A DNA stretch of 64,000 nucleotides, taken from assembly GCA_047495785.1 (NCBI GenBank), contig JBLDXI010000030.1, positions 992,001 through 1,056,000 of the forward strand, in the 5' to 3' direction. Source of the DNA: Lepidodermella squamata (lineage: Eukaryota > Animalia > Gastrotricha). The notes below the pieces were generated by a model. That model saw only the letters and a list, made by a program, of their open reading frames with translations, made no database searches and was not told the origin of the DNA. The translations under genes were made by a program, and so were the position numbers. This document shows positions 62,591-64,000 of the stretch, one piece after another. The stretch's first letter is position 1. The number at the start of each line of letters is the position of its first letter.

Positions 62591-63765
62591 ATGAAATTGC
62601 TTCTAGTTTTGCTGACGGTAGCTGAGCTCGCATCGATGGCAGCTGATTTGTCGATTGCTGACAATTTGGAGGCAAGATTCGCTAAACATTGCCCGGCAAT
62701 TCGGTCGAAAACCCTAACGACAGATCATGCGATTCATTTCAACAAAACGCACCCGATTAAGGTGCTCATCTACTTGAGCCTTCATCGTTTTGTGGGCATC
62801 GATGACGTGGAGCAAAAACTGTCACTACTAGGACAGCTGTCTATGCATTGGGGGCTGCCTTGCGAAACACCGAAACACAGACTTACTATCCGAAACAGAG
62901 TGCATGATACCACAGTACGACCTTCTGTTCTTCACAGTCCCAGCCTTGGATATTTGGACGCTATTGGGGTATCTCCCATTTGACCGCTTACGAGTCGCCT
63001 GTTATGGGGCGAAGATTAAGTGACCAGGTCATGGTCTTTCCATTTCTTTACTCATTTTATATGCGTTACGAAGTAATCGACCGATTAGACGTATTATGCA
63101 CTGCTTTCAGCTATCGCAAATTCCCATTTGACACACAATCCTGTACGCTAGTTTTTGAATCTGCGAACTATCTATGGGATGTGGATCTCGCTTTGGAATT
63201 ATTTGACATAGATATTTCAGCTCTAGATACCTTCATTGTGGATACTGAAATATGGTCGCTTGTCGAGCCCCTCGATTATGGCAACTATGAATCTCCACAC
63301 GCGCGGGGCGACTACATCGTTAAAAGGGCTAATATGACGATCCGATTCCGCCGCAAAAGTGGCTACTACGTCTGCAACATCTTCGTACCTACCATAGCAC
63401 TGTTCGTCCTTCAAGCCGTTTCTTTGATTGCCGAGCCCTTGAACCGAGACCAATCAGCATTCTGCTTGACTGTTGTGCTGTCATACGTTGTATTTTTGAC
63501 GATGATTTTTTGCATGATGCCAAGAACTTCGGACCATGTCTACCTTGTGTACATGGTTTCAGCGAAATTCATCGTTTCAGTCATAATCACGGCCTATACT
63601 TGCTTGAGCCCTAGTATCCCTGAATCCCTCAAATCTCGCGTTGTCAAGTTACACAATTCTATGACGTTGTCAATGCATCGCTTTTTCGACTTGGCAATGG
63701 CTGCTACAGCAAGCTTGATTGTAATGGCCATGGACGTTTGTCTTTTCTCCCTGATGTTATCGTGA
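62591..63765 (+). pseudogene. pLGIC B6, full length with two frameshifts
   Basis: About 2-nt deletion near 62876 and about 4-nt insertion near 62965 relative to B1-B3; otherwise complete through M4. Confidence 0.8.
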
Positions 63766-64000
63766 CTTCACGTTTTAAAATGATGCTTAGATTCCCTCTT
63801 TCTATTGAACGAATTAGCTCTTGAACAGTGGCATAGCCTGTGTGCGATTACCAACCCCTAGCTTGGCCAGACAAAAACATATATGTCCGCTGTTTCCTGT
63901 TTCGTCAACTTTAAGGTGTTTTGGAGCGTATTTAATGGAATATTCCCAACATTTCCTCACTGCGTTTGCATGTTCGTCAAAATAATTATTCTAACACAAT

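Noticed and set aside
1-64000. Prokaryotic origin or GLIC/ELIC-type genes, suggested by the short M3-M4 loop
   Set aside because: Conserved spliceosomal introns, true Cys-loop cysteines and eukaryotic transposons indicate animal DNA.

Overview
Metazoan genomic DNA (GT-AG introns of about 45-70 nt; host species cannot be identified from the sequence), not prokaryotic. The window is dominated by a tandem expansion of divergent Cys-loop (pentameric ligand-gated ion channel, pLGIC) genes. Family A (1-35.8 kb, minus strand) has 12 three-exon loci: 8 complete, 1 cut by the window edge, 1 split by two insertions, 2 pseudogenes, plus fragments. Family B (43.9-63.8 kb) has 6 intronless loci: 2 intact, 4 frameshifted or truncated, plus fragments. 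All encode about 390-aa subunits with a signal peptide, FPFD Cys-loop and four TM helices. They lack the nAChR loop-C vicinal cysteines and canonical aromatic box, carry four extra conserved extracellular cysteines, and have only a ~20-aa M3-M4 linker. This looks like a lineage-specific receptor array under birth-and-death evolution, possibly chemosensory (inference). Also present: a tandem Ly6/uPAR-like secreted protein, an astacin fused to two UBR-type zinc fingers, an Ig-domain protein, a PY-motif type I membrane protein and a 5-exon Cys-rich secreted protein missed by the ORF track. Mobile DNA includes three copies of an atypical non-autonomous Helitron-like element, a 4.7-kb TIR-less insertion with an 8-bp TSD, a Penelope-like end with a hammerhead-like motif, and many MITEs. 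All exon boundaries were derived by eye from splice signals and frame consistency.
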